Source: a virus (lineage: Duplodnaviria > Caudoviricetes). Taken from it: DNA of 53,592 nt. The stretch spans positions 1 to 53,592 of the IMG/VR virus record IMGVR_UViG_3300007094_000013. One strand, given 5' to 3'. Under the pieces are notes generated by a model, which saw only the letters and a program-made list of their open reading frames with translations, was not told the origin of the DNA and ran no database searches. Every line of letters begins with the position of its first letter. Positions within the stretch are counted from its first letter, which is position 1. Below, in pieces: positions 35,580-45,404 of this stretch. The position numbers and the translations under genes were made by a program.

Positions 35580-35861
35580 ATGCCGGACGACGTCCCGAAC
35601 TACGAAGGACTCCCAATCTGGGAGCAGATCCGACTCCTCAACGAGTGGTCGCCCGTGCTGGGCTTCGGCCAGCGGTTCCTCGCAGAGCATGACGTACACC
35701 GCCGCACGTTGATCGTGGCCGACGGTCTGGAGTGGCTTGCCGCCAAGTCGAAGACCGCGCTCGACGACGAGGCCATTCAACTGATCGACGCCATCCTGCG
35801 GACGCCGCAGGGGGAGGCGTTGGTGCGGTGGGTGGTGGCGAAACTGGAGGGGACGCCGTGA
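35580..35861 (+). CDS. Hypothetical protein
   Basis: AGGAG RBS. Confidence 0.6.
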   Translation: MPDDVPNYEGLPIWEQIRLLNEWSPVLGFGQRFLAEHDVHRRTLIVADGLEWLAAKSKTALDDEAIQLIDAILRTPQGEALVRWVVAKLEGTP

Positions 35862-36091
35862 TGGACATCGAGACCGTCGTTCGCGTGGGGGCCGCCGTGG
35901 TGGCGGTGGTCTACATCGTCAGGCTGCTCCGGCGGTGGGTGCCGGCCGGCCACCCGGCGGCCCCGGTGGACGACCTGCGGCTGGTGCTTGACCTCGCCGC
36001 CAGACTACGTGACGCCGGCCGCACCGATGCGGTCAAACTCTGTCAGCAGTTGCTGGATGAGTTGCTGAAGCCACGGGAGGCAGCACCGTGA
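35861..36091 (+). CDS. Small membrane protein
   Basis: N-terminal TM helix; overlaps the upstream stop. Confidence 0.55.
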   Translation: MDIETVVRVGAAVVAVVYIVRLLRRWVPAGHPAAPVDDLRLVLDLAARLRDAGRTDAVKLCQQLLDELLKPREAAP

Positions 36092-36573
36092 CCGAGAACC
36101 GGAAGATCCTCATCGAGGCCATCGTCGTGACCACGCTCGTGCTAGTCGCCTTGTTCGGAGTCCCTGTTCGACGGCTCGACGGCAGCGAGGACGCGCCGCC
36201 CGTTGAACTGCAAGACAAGACCGCCGCGGTCGCAATCGCGTTGGCGAACGCCGGCGAGGTGGATCGTGCATTGTGGGCCGAGGTCTGGGAGAAGGCCGCA
36301 GCCGCCGTCGAAGCGGAGGGAACCACCGACGAAGCGTTCGTGAGAAACACCACCGAGGTGCGTGCGTTCACCATCGCGGCATTAGAGGTGGCGTGGAACC
36401 GACTCCGCGGCCCAGACCCGACGCGATACCCCGGTCTCGGCAAGGCTGTCGAAGACTACCTCGCAGACCCCGCCATCCTCGGGCGTGACGACGTGACCAT
36501 CGACGCGGCGTACCGCGCTCGATACGGCAAGGCGTGCCGGGCGTTGGCATACGCCGGCCGCAAGCGGGGGTGA
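36088..36573 (+). CDS. Membrane-anchored hypothetical protein
   Basis: N-terminal TM helix; GTGA overlap. Confidence 0.6.
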   Translation: MTENRKILIEAIVVTTLVLVALFGVPVRRLDGSEDAPPVELQDKTAAVAIALANAGEVDRALWAEVWEKAAAAVEAEGTTDEAFVRNTTEVRAFTIAALEVAWNRLRGPDPTRYPGLGKAVEDYLADPAILGRDDVTIDAAYRARYGKACRALAYAGRKRG

Positions 36574-36574
36574 G

Positions 36575-37522
36575 ATGAGCGGAGAGTTCAAGCCGCTGTT
36601 CGGGTACGACCCGTCGCCGGCAGGCACGGCCGCGTTCGTCGCTTCGTTGCCACGTCCAACGATGGACGAGGCCGGTGCGATGTTGATGTCTTCCGCTGCC
36701 AACGTGTTCCTCGGAGACTTCCTCGTGCGGCTCGACCCCGCGTTCAAGCGTGGCCGACAACCCATCGGGTCGTGCGTTGGATGGGGGTGGAGTTTAGCCG
36801 TCCAGATTCTTGCCAGTTGCGACATCTGCATCCGCAACGAGCGAGAGGGATACGGTGGCCGAGTGCTTGAGGCCGCGACCTATGGATTCTCGCGCGTGGA
36901 GGCCAGAGGCCTCGACAAGAACTGGAGTGGGGATGGGTCGTACGGCGGCGCGGCCGCGAAGGCTGTGACGAAGTACGGCACGCTCTACGCAGGCAGAGAC
37001 TATGCCGGTCACGCGTACGAATCCGCCGATGCGAAGTTGGAGCGTGGGTGGGGACGCGATGGTGTGCCGGACGGGCTCGAGCCGTTTGCGGCCCAGCACA
37101 GGGTCACAGAGGTCACACTTGTGAGAGGCTTCGCGGACGTTGTGAAAGCAGTGACCAACGGATACCCCGTGGCACTGTGCAGCAACCGCGCCTATCACAT
37201 GACGTTCACCAAGGACAGCGAAGGGAATGGGGGCTGGCTCCGGCACAACCCTGCCGACCGATGGCCGCACTGTCAGATGATCTGCGGCGTGGTGCAGGGG
37301 TCGCGTCACGGCGCGTACGTGGCGAACTCGTGGGGCAACTGCTACTCCGGCCCCGTCGACACACGACTACCGGAAGCATTCCAGCGGTCTGGCGGGTGGA
37401 TCGACGCCGACGAGATCGACCGACTGATCGGCGGCGACTCCTCGGACTCGTTCGCTCTTGCGGGATACGCAGGGTTCGCTCCGTCGATGATTAGCAACTG
37501 GACGGGAGGCGTGTTCCGGTGA
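36575..37522 (+). CDS. Papain-like (C1) cysteine peptidase
   Basis: Q.IGSCVGWG (oxyanion Q, catalytic C), WPHC (H), NSWG (N). Confidence 0.8.
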   Translation: MSGEFKPLFGYDPSPAGTAAFVASLPRPTMDEAGAMLMSSAANVFLGDFLVRLDPAFKRGRQPIGSCVGWGWSLAVQILASCDICIRNEREGYGGRVLEAATYGFSRVEARGLDKNWSGDGSYGGAAAKAVTKYGTLYAGRDYAGHAYESADAKLERGWGRDGVPDGLEPFAAQHRVTEVTLVRGFADVVKAVTNGYPVALCSNRAYHMTFTKDSEGNGGWLRHNPADRWPHCQMICGVVQGSRHGAYVANSWGNCYSGPVDTRLPEAFQRSGGWIDADEIDRLIGGDSSDSFALAGYAGFAPSMISNWTGGVFR

Positions 37523-37794
37523 AGCGTGCCGTGGTTCTCCTCATGCTGGCGTGGCTTGGGTGCCGTGCGGTGCCGCCGCAGTCACCGGGCGTGTCGGCCG
37601 ACCTCGCGGTGCAAGGTGCCCGGGCTGTCGTGGTGGCGCGTCGTGCCGTCACGCCGAAGCCGCCGTCGCCGGGAGTGTGTTCGCGATGTGACGGCACGGG
37701 CTGGATTGGCGACACGGCCTCCATACGAATCAAGTGTGACGCCTGCAAAGGCACCGGGAAGGCCACGTGTACCTCTGGGACGTGCAAGCGATGA
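37519..37794 (+). CDS. Putative lipoprotein with CxxCxGxG motifs
   Basis: Lipobox-like AWLGC; CSRCDGTG and CDACKGTG. Confidence 0.6.
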   Translation: MKRAVVLLMLAWLGCRAVPPQSPGVSADLAVQGARAVVVARRAVTPKPPSPGVCSRCDGTGWIGDTASIRIKCDACKGTGKATCTSGTCKR

Positions 37795-38165
37795 CCGTGG
37801 ACGAACTGATCGACGACACGTGGAACGCCTTGCGGCCAAGCCTGCTGCGGCGTTCCATGCTGGGGCGGAAGCGGTGTGCGGAGTTGGTCATGCACACGCT
37901 GGCCGTGTTCCCAGATCGCGAGTATTACGCGATGCAAGCCGCCGAGGGTTCTGCCGCCGACCGCCGGCTGCGGGTCGAGACCGAGGAGAGGGTTCACGAC
38001 AGGATGCGGAACTCCGTGGCCGCCGAGCCGGGTGTGTACGGGTTCGCCATCATGTCGCTCGTGATGATGTGGGCCGTGTCGGCCGTGGTTCAGTATCTCT
38101 TGGCACAGTGGTGGAAGCGGCGGTTCAACGCTGGTGACTTCCGCCGGGAGTACGGTTGGAAATGA
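37791..38165 (+). CDS. Membrane protein with C-terminal TM helix
   Basis: ATGA overlap; hydrophobic C-terminal helix. Confidence 0.55.
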   Translation: MTVDELIDDTWNALRPSLLRRSMLGRKRCAELVMHTLAVFPDREYYAMQAAEGSAADRRLRVETEERVHDRMRNSVAAEPGVYGFAIMSLVMMWAVSAVVQYLLAQWWKRRFNAGDFRREYGWK

Positions 38166-38470
38166 CTACCGACCAGCGACAGACGCTCATCGACAGCGGA
38201 CTCAAGGTTGCCAAGGAACTCGGCGTGCCGGTTGTCATGCTTGCCGTCGTGGTCTACTTGTTCAGAGAGGCGGCCATGACTGTTCACACCACTGTGGTGA
38301 CGCCGGTGGTGGAAAGTCACACGCAGTTTCTGGAGACAATGCAGGAGACAATGCGGGAGATGTCTCACACCGACGAGAAGACGGCCGACACGCTGCACGA
38401 GATTGCCGAAGGCCAGCAGCGGATTCAGCGTGGCGTGGACACCCTCACTCAACGGCCACCGGGGGGCTGA
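38156..38470 (+). CDS. Possible holin-like membrane protein
   Basis: ELGVPVVMLAVVVYLF TM helix followed by a coiled coil. Confidence 0.45.
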   Translation: MEMTTDQRQTLIDSGLKVAKELGVPVVMLAVVVYLFREAAMTVHTTVVTPVVESHTQFLETMQETMREMSHTDEKTADTLHEIAEGQQRIQRGVDTLTQRPPGG

Positions 38471-38471
38471 C

Positions 38472-38792
38472 GTGGCAAAGTACGATCAACTCCCGGGGCG
38501 GCTTGACCTTGAGTTCAAGGGCGGAGACCAGTTTGGAACGGAACTGGATTTCAGCATCGCACTCACTGGATATACCGTTGTCGCGACCATGTTCAGCGTT
38601 GTAACGGGCCAGACTGTTGCCACGTTTGCTTCATCTATCACGGACGCCGAGGCCGGGAAGGTGAACATTTCCATGACGGCCGCAGAGACAAGTGCTGTCA
38701 CACGTGGGACGTACGGCTGGCAACTGGCATGGACGACGCCCGGGAACGTGTCGCGTAGGACTGCGATCGGCGGCTATGTCGAGGTTCTGTAA
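38472..38792 (+). CDS. Hypothetical virion protein (BppU-N-like)
   Basis: GDQF...LTGYT...DAEAGKVNISMTAAET...Y.WQL. Confidence 0.55.
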   Translation: MAKYDQLPGRLDLEFKGGDQFGTELDFSIALTGYTVVATMFSVVTGQTVATFASSITDAEAGKVNISMTAAETSAVTRGTYGWQLAWTTPGNVSRRTAIGGYVEVL

Positions 38793-39043
38793 TGCTCACG
38801 GCCGTAGTAAATCCAAGCCGCATCACTGCGACGGCACACGGGGAAACCGTTACCGTTGCCGTTGTCGAGTCGACGGTGCAGACCACCGCCTCCGGCGGCG
38901 TCGGCCCGCCGGGGTCGGCCTCGCTGTCGGGAATGACCGACGTGAGTGTGACAGCCCCGGCCGCGGGCGACGTGCTTCGACATGACGGATCACTGTGGCG
39001 TAACTATCCCGAAGACAATCTGGTTGACGGAGGAAACTTCTAG
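38792..39043 (+). CDS. Hypothetical virion protein
   Basis: L..MTDV......GDVLR.DG..W.N fibre-type motif; ends DGGNF. Confidence 0.55.
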   Translation: MLTAVVNPSRITATAHGETVTVAVVESTVQTTASGGVGPPGSASLSGMTDVSVTAPAAGDVLRHDGSLWRNYPEDNLVDGGNF

Positions 39044-39045
39044 TC

Positions 39046-40848
39046 ATGGCGAACATTATCCGCATCAAGCGATCCACCGGCTCGGCGGCTCCGTCCTCTC
39101 TTGCGAACGCCGAACTCGCCTACGCGGAAGGTAGCGGCGCGCTCTACATCGGCGTCGGCACCGGCGGGTCGAATGGCACGGCCACCACCACTCCGCAGAT
39201 TGCGGGCGCGAATCTGTTTGCAAGCCAGACCGCGGCGTATGTCTACGCAGCACCAGTTTCTTCCAACGGGTCTCCGTCGTTTCGGTCGCTAGTAGTTTCC
39301 GACGTGTCAGGTCTGTCCGCTGCTCTTGACGGCAAGGCGTCGCTGGCCGGCGGGACGACATTTACTGGCGCGGTGACGTTCGGAAGCACCGCCACATTCA
39401 ACGGCAGCGTCGCGCTCGGCGGTGCTGCTACGGCCGCGACACCAACGACGTCGGACAACTCAACGACTGTCGCGACGACGGCATACGTCAAGTCGCAGGG
39501 TTACGTGACATCCTCCGGCGTGACCAGCGTCGGCCTTTCGCTGCCGGGGATTTTCACCGTCAGCAACTCGCCGGTGACAACCACCGGCACGCTGACCGGC
39601 ACGCTGGCAACGCAAGACGCGAAGAAGGTGTTCATCGGGCCGGAAAGTGGTGCTGCGGCAGCACCGACGTTCCGCGCGCTTGCCGGAACTGACCTTCCCT
39701 CTAGCGGCCTGCGGTCGATGACTTTTGATCTTGGGCAGACCATCACGCTCGGAAACGCGAACGATGACAACTCCGTTCTGTTTTCGATTTATGGATCAAG
39801 TTTCTCTGTCACAGACCAAGGAAACGTCGTCGCCAAAAATGTCACTTGCGAATCTTTTACTTGCAGCACAGATGGTTTCACCGTCGGCAGTGCGGCGTCA
39901 TTCACCAGCAACGCAACTGTCGACGGAGACTTGACTGTCGGTGGCAACCTGACGGTGCAAGGAAGCACCGTCACGATGAACACCGAAACGGTGAACGTCG
40001 AAGACAAGAACATGGTGCTGGGGAACGTCGCAACGCCAACGACTACGACGGGCGACGGCGGCGGCATCACCGTCAGGACGGCCGCAACGTCCGCGGGCGA
40101 CAAGACGCTGACGTGGGTGAACTCGACGAACTCGTGGACGAGCAACGTCGGCTTCGACATCGCGTCAGGGACAACGTATAAGGTCGGCGGAACGCAGATC
40201 AGCGCGGCCAACCTGTCGAACGGAACAACCGGAACCAACGCCGTCGTGCTGGCGAACGGCCCGACTCTGACAGGAACACCGCTCGCGCCGACGGCCGCTG
40301 CCGACACGAACACCACGCAGATTGCCACCACGGCGTATGTCATCGGGCAGGCGTCCTCAAACACGCCGTCTGCGAACGCAGCCACCCCGCTGGCCGGAAC
40401 CTCGCTCAAGTACGCGAGGGCTGACCATGTTCACCCCACCGATTCAAGCCGTGCGCCGCTTGCCAGCCCGACGTTTACCGGAGTGCCGGCGGCCCCGACA
40501 GCAGCGGCGGATACGAACACCACGCAGATCGCCACCACGGCCTATGTCATCGGGCAGGGATATCTGAAGTCAACGACGGCCTCGTCAACGTACCAACCAC
40601 TCGACGCCGAGTTGTCGGCCATCGCCGGCCTGACCAGTGCCGCTGACAGGCTTCCCTACTTCGACGGGAGCGGCACCGCTGCGCTTGCCACGTTCACTAC
40701 ATTCGGGCGGTCGCTGGTCGATGACGCGGACAACACGGCCGCAAGGACGACGCTCGGCCTCGGCACGATGGCAACGCAGAACGCGAACAATGTTGCCATC
40801 ACTGGCGGCAGCATCGACGGAATCACGCTTGACGGCGGCTCGTGGTGA
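39046..40848 (+). CDS. Tail-fibre-like protein
   Basis: IRIKRS...ELAY N-terminus; Thr/Ala/Gly-rich; repeated P..TG.P.APTAAADTNTTQIATTAYV; ends DGGSW. Confidence 0.75.
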   Translation: MANIIRIKRSTGSAAPSSLANAELAYAEGSGALYIGVGTGGSNGTATTTPQIAGANLFASQTAAYVYAAPVSSNGSPSFRSLVVSDVSGLSAALDGKASLAGGTTFTGAVTFGSTATFNGSVALGGAATAATPTTSDNSTTVATTAYVKSQGYVTSSGVTSVGLSLPGIFTVSNSPVTTTGTLTGTLATQDAKKVFIGPESGAAAAPTFRALAGTDLPSSGLRSMTFDLGQTITLGNANDDNSVLFSIYGSSFSVTDQGNVVAKNVTCESFTCSTDGFTVGSAASFTSNATVDGDLTVGGNLTVQGSTVTMNTETVNVEDKNMVLGNVATPTTTTGDGGGITVRTAATSAGDKTLTWVNSTNSWTSNVGFDIASGTTYKVGGTQISAANLSNGTTGTNAVVLANGPTLTGTPLAPTAAADTNTTQIATTAYVIGQASSNTPSANAATPLAGTSLKYARADHVHPTDSSRAPLASPTFTGVPAAPTAAADTNTTQIATTAYVIGQGYLKSTTASSTYQPLDAELSAIAGLTSAADRLPYFDGSGTAALATFTTFGRSLVDDADNTAARTTLGLGTMATQNANNVAITGGSIDGITLDGGSW

Positions 40849-40851
40849 TAG

Positions 40852-41421
40852 ATGGCGAATACGATCCTGCATAAACGCTCGTCGACCGCGGGTGCTATTC
40901 CCCCCGCCGGGTCGCTTACTGTGGGCGAGTTGGCGATCAACACCGTTGACGGTGCTTTGTTCACCAAACTGTCAAGCGGCACCGTCGTGAATGTGGTGCA
41001 GCAGTCGGGTACATGGACTCCCGTCATAGAGCAAACGAGTGCAGCGGCCATCACTGGAATCGGCTACTCGCTACAGTCTGGGAACTGGGTTCGAACTGGC
41101 GACCTCGTCTGGGCACAGGGAGTTATCGACCTCAACGCAGCACCGGCCACGTGGCCGACATCTGTTGCATGGTTGGCTGGGCTTCCATACTCGTTCATCG
41201 GAAACGGCGGCGGAGGCGTCGTGTATGGCAGCACCAGCGTCACGCCAGCCGGGGCGCAGTTGGCGATTGTTGCACAGGGTTCGGCGAATACGCAGTTCAG
41301 AATGAGGCTTCGAATCAAGACCACCGCCTCAACTGGTTTCACAGATATGTCCCTGTCAGCGTTGTCTGCGACCACGACGCTCCGGTTCTTCACGGTCTAT
41401 AAGACCAACGACGCGCCATGA
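40852..41421 (+). CDS. Tail-fibre-like protein 2
   Basis: ILHKRS...L.VGELAINTVDG.LF; GTWTP...G.WVRTGDLV...GLPY. Confidence 0.65.
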   Translation: MANTILHKRSSTAGAIPPAGSLTVGELAINTVDGALFTKLSSGTVVNVVQQSGTWTPVIEQTSAAAITGIGYSLQSGNWVRTGDLVWAQGVIDLNAAPATWPTSVAWLAGLPYSFIGNGGGGVVYGSTSVTPAGAQLAIVAQGSANTQFRMRLRIKTTASTGFTDMSLSALSATTTLRFFTVYKTNDAP

Positions 41422-41867
41422 TCTCAGTCTCCGTCAACTCGATAGGTGTCGTGTCGGCATCGTTACTCAACGCCGACGGCACAACGCACCGCGTGTCATT
41501 GTCGCCGGGCTCACCTATCGACGGTCTGCCAACCGAGGTTCAAGAGGCGGCACTCGCAGCGTGGACGCCAGAGGTAGTTCAAGCATTCGCGGACAGCCAA
41601 GATGCAGACGGCACCGCTGGTGTTCCCTTCTCGGTGTCGGCAAGGCAGATCCGCTTATGGCTGGTGGGCAACGGTGTGTCGCTTTCAGCCGTGGACTCTG
41701 CGATAGACGCCATACCAGACCAGCAGCAGCGAGACCTAGTTCGTGTTGAGTGGGAGTACGCACCGTGGATTGAGCGGTCGCATCCGATGCTGGCTCCACT
41801 CGCGTCCGCGCTCGGCATGACTGCCGAACAAGTTGACGCTGCATTTATAGAAGCGGCTGCGTTGTGA
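41418..41867 (+). CDS. Putative fibre assembly chaperone
   Basis: SVSARQIRL.L...EWEYA..IER.HP....A.ALGMT.EQVDA.F..AA. Confidence 0.6.
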   Translation: MISVSVNSIGVVSASLLNADGTTHRVSLSPGSPIDGLPTEVQEAALAAWTPEVVQAFADSQDADGTAGVPFSVSARQIRLWLVGNGVSLSAVDSAIDAIPDQQQRDLVRVEWEYAPWIERSHPMLAPLASALGMTAEQVDAAFIEAAAL

Positions 41868-41968
41868 TCTGGCCTTGCTTTGGGATTACGCGTGCGGTTC
41901 GCCGATTGGCGATGAAACACGTTGTGCCGGTTGGTGTTCGATGTTCCCTCATCTATAGGAGATACGAG

Positions 41969-42262
41969 ATGCTGGTCTACTCTGTGACGGCCGCCCCTGC
42001 CGTCGACTCCGACGTGGAGTCCCGTGTGCTGACCGTGGTCGTGAACGGCGAGGCACGAGAGCCTCAGACGTTTGCCCCGGCCGACACCAACCTCGGCGAA
42101 CACGCGTTCGCAGACAGCGACGTGGTCACGCTCACTCTCGTGGACGTGGACGACGCCGGCAACTCCAGCCAGCCCGCCGTGCTGGAGTTCGTGGCCGCCG
42201 ACACCATCCCGCCGGCCAAGCCGGGCGAGTTCGGCGTCACGCTGGTGCGTGAGGATCAGTAG
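41969..42262 (+). CDS. Small acidic Ig/Fn3-like protein
   Basis: AGGAG RBS; DDAGNSS...DTIPPAKP. Confidence 0.55.
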   Translation: MLVYSVTAAPAVDSDVESRVLTVVVNGEAREPQTFAPADTNLGEHAFADSDVVTLTLVDVDDAGNSSQPAVLEFVAADTIPPAKPGEFGVTLVREDQ

Positions 42263-42588
42263 TGCCCAAGCGTGCCCCGTGGTGTGGCAACAGGCCGCCA
42301 CGAGACAAGCGTCGCCCCTCGGCTGCTGCCCGCGGTTACACCGACGGGCGGCACCGAGCGTGGCGGCTGGCGGTGCTGAACCGCGACCGATGGGAGTGCA
42401 GGCGGTGCCACCGGGTGTGCAGTGACCGGCGTGAGGCACACGCCGACCACGTCAGCCCGGTCGTGGCCGGCACCGACTACTGCGAGAATGGACAGTCACG
42501 CTATGACATAGCGAATGGACAGTGCTTGTGCGTGTCTTGTCACTCGGCCAAGGGGCTGGAAGACCGCAGAGACTATCGAACCACATGA
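42262..42588 (+). CDS. HNH endonuclease (HK97 gp74-like)
   Basis: RGY...VLNRD...CRRC...ADH...NGQCLCVSCHSAK. Confidence 0.88.
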   Translation: MPKRAPWCGNRPPRDKRRPSAAARGYTDGRHRAWRLAVLNRDRWECRRCHRVCSDRREAHADHVSPVVAGTDYCENGQSRYDIANGQCLCVSCHSAKGLEDRRDYRTT

Positions 42589-42725
42589 AACCACCCGGCA
42601 CCCCGGGGGGGGGGGCCGAAGCCCGGTGCCCGAAAATACCGAACCACGCGTCTGCCGCCCGCAGCCGGCCGGGAGTTTCTCGACCCCCCCCCTCAAGTAT
42701 CAGATTTTCACGCACCCCCCCCACC
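42589..42725. other. Candidate cos region
   Basis: Non-coding gap after HNH with a G11 tract (42605-42615) and C tracts; position typical of HK97-like cos sites. Confidence 0.4.
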
Positions 42726-42745
42726 TAGCGAGGTTGAACTGTCCT

Positions 42746-43333
42746 ATGAACATCAAGAATCGCGTGCGGGAATACCGCGTTGTCAAAGCCAGCGAACTGC
42801 GACCGAATCCAAAAAACTGGAGAACGCACCCCAAGGCACAACAGGACGCACTCCGCGGCGTGCTTGCCGAGATCGGGATGGCCGACGCGGTGCTGGCCCG
42901 CGAACTGGAGGACGGGTCGCTCATGCTGGTCGACGGTCATCTGCGTGCCGAGACCGCAGCAGACGCCGACGTGCCGGTGCTGATCCTCGACGTGTCGGAG
43001 GCCGAGGCGGATAAACTGCTGGCAACGCTAGACCCGCTGGCCGCGATGGCCGACTCCGACGCCGCGAAACTGGACGCTCTGCTGCGTGAGGTCAACAGCA
43101 GCAACGAGGCGGTTCAAGAACTCCTCGTCAACACGGCAACGCAGGCCGGACTCTACGCCGGCGAGTGGGAGGGCAAGACACCGGAGGCCGTGGAGGAACT
43201 GGACGAGTACGACCCAGACAACGAGACCGTCAGCGTGAGGCTCAACAATGTGCCGGTCGGTCACAAGGCCGAGGTCGTGGCGGCCGTGGACGCCGCCGTG
43301 GCGCATCTTGGATTCAAGTGCGAGGTGTTCTAG
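42746..43333 (+). CDS. ParB-like N-terminal domain protein
   Basis: LRPNPKNWRTH...LAEIG...LVDGHLR. Confidence 0.85.
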   Translation: MNIKNRVREYRVVKASELRPNPKNWRTHPKAQQDALRGVLAEIGMADAVLARELEDGSLMLVDGHLRAETAADADVPVLILDVSEAEADKLLATLDPLAAMADSDAAKLDALLREVNSSNEAVQELLVNTATQAGLYAGEWEGKTPEAVEELDEYDPDNETVSVRLNNVPVGHKAEVVAAVDAAVAHLGFKCEVF

Positions 43334-44214
43334 TGAAGTTTCCGGTGCTTGTCTCCTACGCATACGCACGCAAGAAACTGGACGCCTTCTCGCAACTGGC
43401 TGCGAACAAGGACGTGCTGCTGCTGCTGGACAGCGGTGCGTTCACGGCCAAGAACGCCGGCGAGACCATTCTTCTGGAGGACTACTGCCGGTTCCTCGAC
43501 ACGTGGCGGCACCGCATCTTCCGCTACCTCGCTCTGGACGTTGTGGGCGACCCGAAGGCAACTGACGCAAACCTTCGTGAGATGGTGCGTGCCGGATACG
43601 AGCCTGTCCCTGTTCACGTGCTTGGGGACGATCAGCGGCGCATGGACGAACTGTTCGAGTTGAGCAACTACGTTGCGTTGGCTGGCCTTCGGCGTCCACA
43701 CAAGGGCGGGGCACCGAAAGAGTACGTCGCCGCGAAGATGAAGTGGGCGAACGGCCGCGACGTTCACTGGCTGGGCTACGTGCGAGAACAGATGATCGCG
43801 TCGTTCAAGCCGTTCAGTTGCGACTCTGCATCGTGGATGTCCGCTGGTCTGTACGGCCGCATGGACGTGTATTTCGGACGCGGCCGGTGGCGTGCCTACA
43901 CGTTCCCGCAGGTGCGGCAACTGCTGGCCGACAAGGAGGCCATGCGACTGCTGTCATCTCTCGGGTACTCGCGAGACAGGATCACAGACCCGAACTGCTG
44001 GCGGCGTGCCAAGAGTCTCGGGTACGACGGAACTGACTTCATGTCATTCCGCGTCAGTGCCGACAGTTGGGTGCGGTATGTCATGGACGTGATGAGGCGT
44101 CACGGAACAAAGATTTTCCTCGCCACGACTATGGTTGAACAAGACATGGAACATCTCGTAGGCGCACTGGAACGTCATGGCGACAAACTCCATTTGGATC
44201 CGCTTACAGTTTGA
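43333..44214 (+). CDS. dpdA: DpdA-like (TGT-fold) deazaguanine DNA transglycosylase
   Basis: LDSGAFT, LDVVGD, PVPVH, VHWLG, SCDSASW; adjacent to que genes. Confidence 0.75.
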   Translation: MKFPVLVSYAYARKKLDAFSQLAANKDVLLLLDSGAFTAKNAGETILLEDYCRFLDTWRHRIFRYLALDVVGDPKATDANLREMVRAGYEPVPVHVLGDDQRRMDELFELSNYVALAGLRRPHKGGAPKEYVAAKMKWANGRDVHWLGYVREQMIASFKPFSCDSASWMSAGLYGRMDVYFGRGRWRAYTFPQVRQLLADKEAMRLLSSLGYSRDRITDPNCWRRAKSLGYDGTDFMSFRVSADSWVRYVMDVMRRHGTKIFLATTMVEQDMEHLVGALERHGDKLHLDPLTV

Positions 44215-44506
44215 GGGGTTCCACCGCTGGGACTCGGCACCGGACGAGGTGGCGTTCCTGCGCCATCGCCATCGCCACTTGTTTCATGTGTGCATCGAGT
44301 GGGACGTCGCCCACGCGGATCGTCACCGAGAGTTCATCATCGAACGCCGCAAGGCACTGGCCGTACTAGAGGAACTCAAGCAGCACCCAGACGTCGAGAC
44401 GTGGTCGTGCGAGACGTGGGCCAACGCAATACTCGCGGCAACTGGTGCCACGCGGGTGGAGGTGTCCGAGGACGGCGAGAACGGAGCGAAGGCGTGGGTG
44501 CAGTAA
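44177..44506 (+). CDS. dpdL: QueD-like T-fold protein, DpdL-type (putative CDG decarboxylase)
   Basis: EGFH.W..AP..V.FLRHRHRHLF (LxxxHRHxF), REFI, SCE, V.VSEDGENGA. Confidence 0.65.
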   Translation: MATNSIWIRLQFEGFHRWDSAPDEVAFLRHRHRHLFHVCIEWDVAHADRHREFIIERRKALAVLEELKQHPDVETWSCETWANAILAATGATRVEVSEDGENGAKAWVQ

Positions 44507-44985
44507 TGCTTTATCTCGTCGCGGCCTGCGGCGCGAACGTCGCGGTGACATTGTTTGGATACGCTGCCCTGCCCTACACGGCGGCCATGCTGATTCCGTT
44601 TGATCTCACCGCCCGGGACGTGCTGCATGACCGTTGGCACGGCAACTGGCTTGCGGCGCGAATGGCCGCCCTCGTGTGTGCCGGCTCGGCGGTTGCGTGG
44701 TTGTGCTGCGATGGTTCACCGTCTGTGTGCCTTGCCTCGGCGGTGGCATTCTGTGTCGCGGGCGCGGTGGACTCACTCGTCTACGCGGCACTGAAAGCGG
44801 CACCGCGTGAGGTGCGAATGAACACCAGCAACGTCGCGTCGTCGCTTGCGGATAGCGTTGCCTTTCCGCTTGTGGCGTTTGGTACGGTGTCGGCACAACT
44901 GGCGGCGACACAAGTGTGCCTCAAGGTCGCGGGCGGCGCGGCGTGGGTCGCCTTGTTCATGTGGTTCACACGGAGGTTCACGTGA
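44506..44985 (+). CDS. VUT/YhhQ-like queuosine-precursor transporter
   Basis: Multi-TM; RD.LH, ASAVAF, D..VY, SN..SS..DS..F..VAFG. Confidence 0.75.
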   Translation: MLYLVAACGANVAVTLFGYAALPYTAAMLIPFDLTARDVLHDRWHGNWLAARMAALVCAGSAVAWLCCDGSPSVCLASAVAFCVAGAVDSLVYAALKAAPREVRMNTSNVASSLADSVAFPLVAFGTVSAQLAATQVCLKVAGGAAWVALFMWFTRRFT

Positions 44986-45404
44986 GCGTCACTTGCACGC
45001 GACGGATACAGTTCTGCGCCGGGCACCGCGTCTACAACCACGAGAGCAAGTGCCGGAACCTTCACGGTCACAACTACGTCGCATTCTTCACCGCCGAGGC
45101 ACCGCTGGACGACATCGGTCGCGTGATCGACTTCTCCGTGTTGAAGGACAGGATAGGCGGCTGGCTGGATAAATGGTGGGATCACGGCTTCGTGTTGTGG
45201 GAACACGACGCGGAGGCCATTGGCGTCGTGTCATCCATGCCGGGACAGAAACTGTATCTGATGCCGGCCAACCCTACCGCCGAGAACATGGCGGCCTATC
45301 TGCTGGAACACATCTGCCCGATGGTGTTGGAGGGCACGTCCGTCACGGTGACGGACGTGCGAGTGTGGGAGACCGAGAACTGCTACGCGGACGCAAAAGC
45401 ATGA
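44982..45404 (+). CDS. queD: 6-carboxytetrahydropterin synthase
   Basis: FCAGHR...KCRNLHGHNY, VIDF, DH, PTAENMA, VWET. Confidence 0.93.
   Translation: MSVTCTRRIQFCAGHRVYNHESKCRNLHGHNYVAFFTAEAPLDDIGRVIDFSVLKDRIGGWLDKWWDHGFVLWEHDAEAIGVVSSMPGQKLYLMPANPTAENMAAYLLEHICPMVLEGTSVTVTDVRVWETENCYADAKA

Noticed and set aside
39046-41421. Diversity-generating retroelement suggested by Mtd-like N-termini and an internal duplication
   Set aside because: No reverse transcriptase found. The duplicated segment is an in-frame fibre repeat differing mostly at synonymous sites, not adenine-specific ones.
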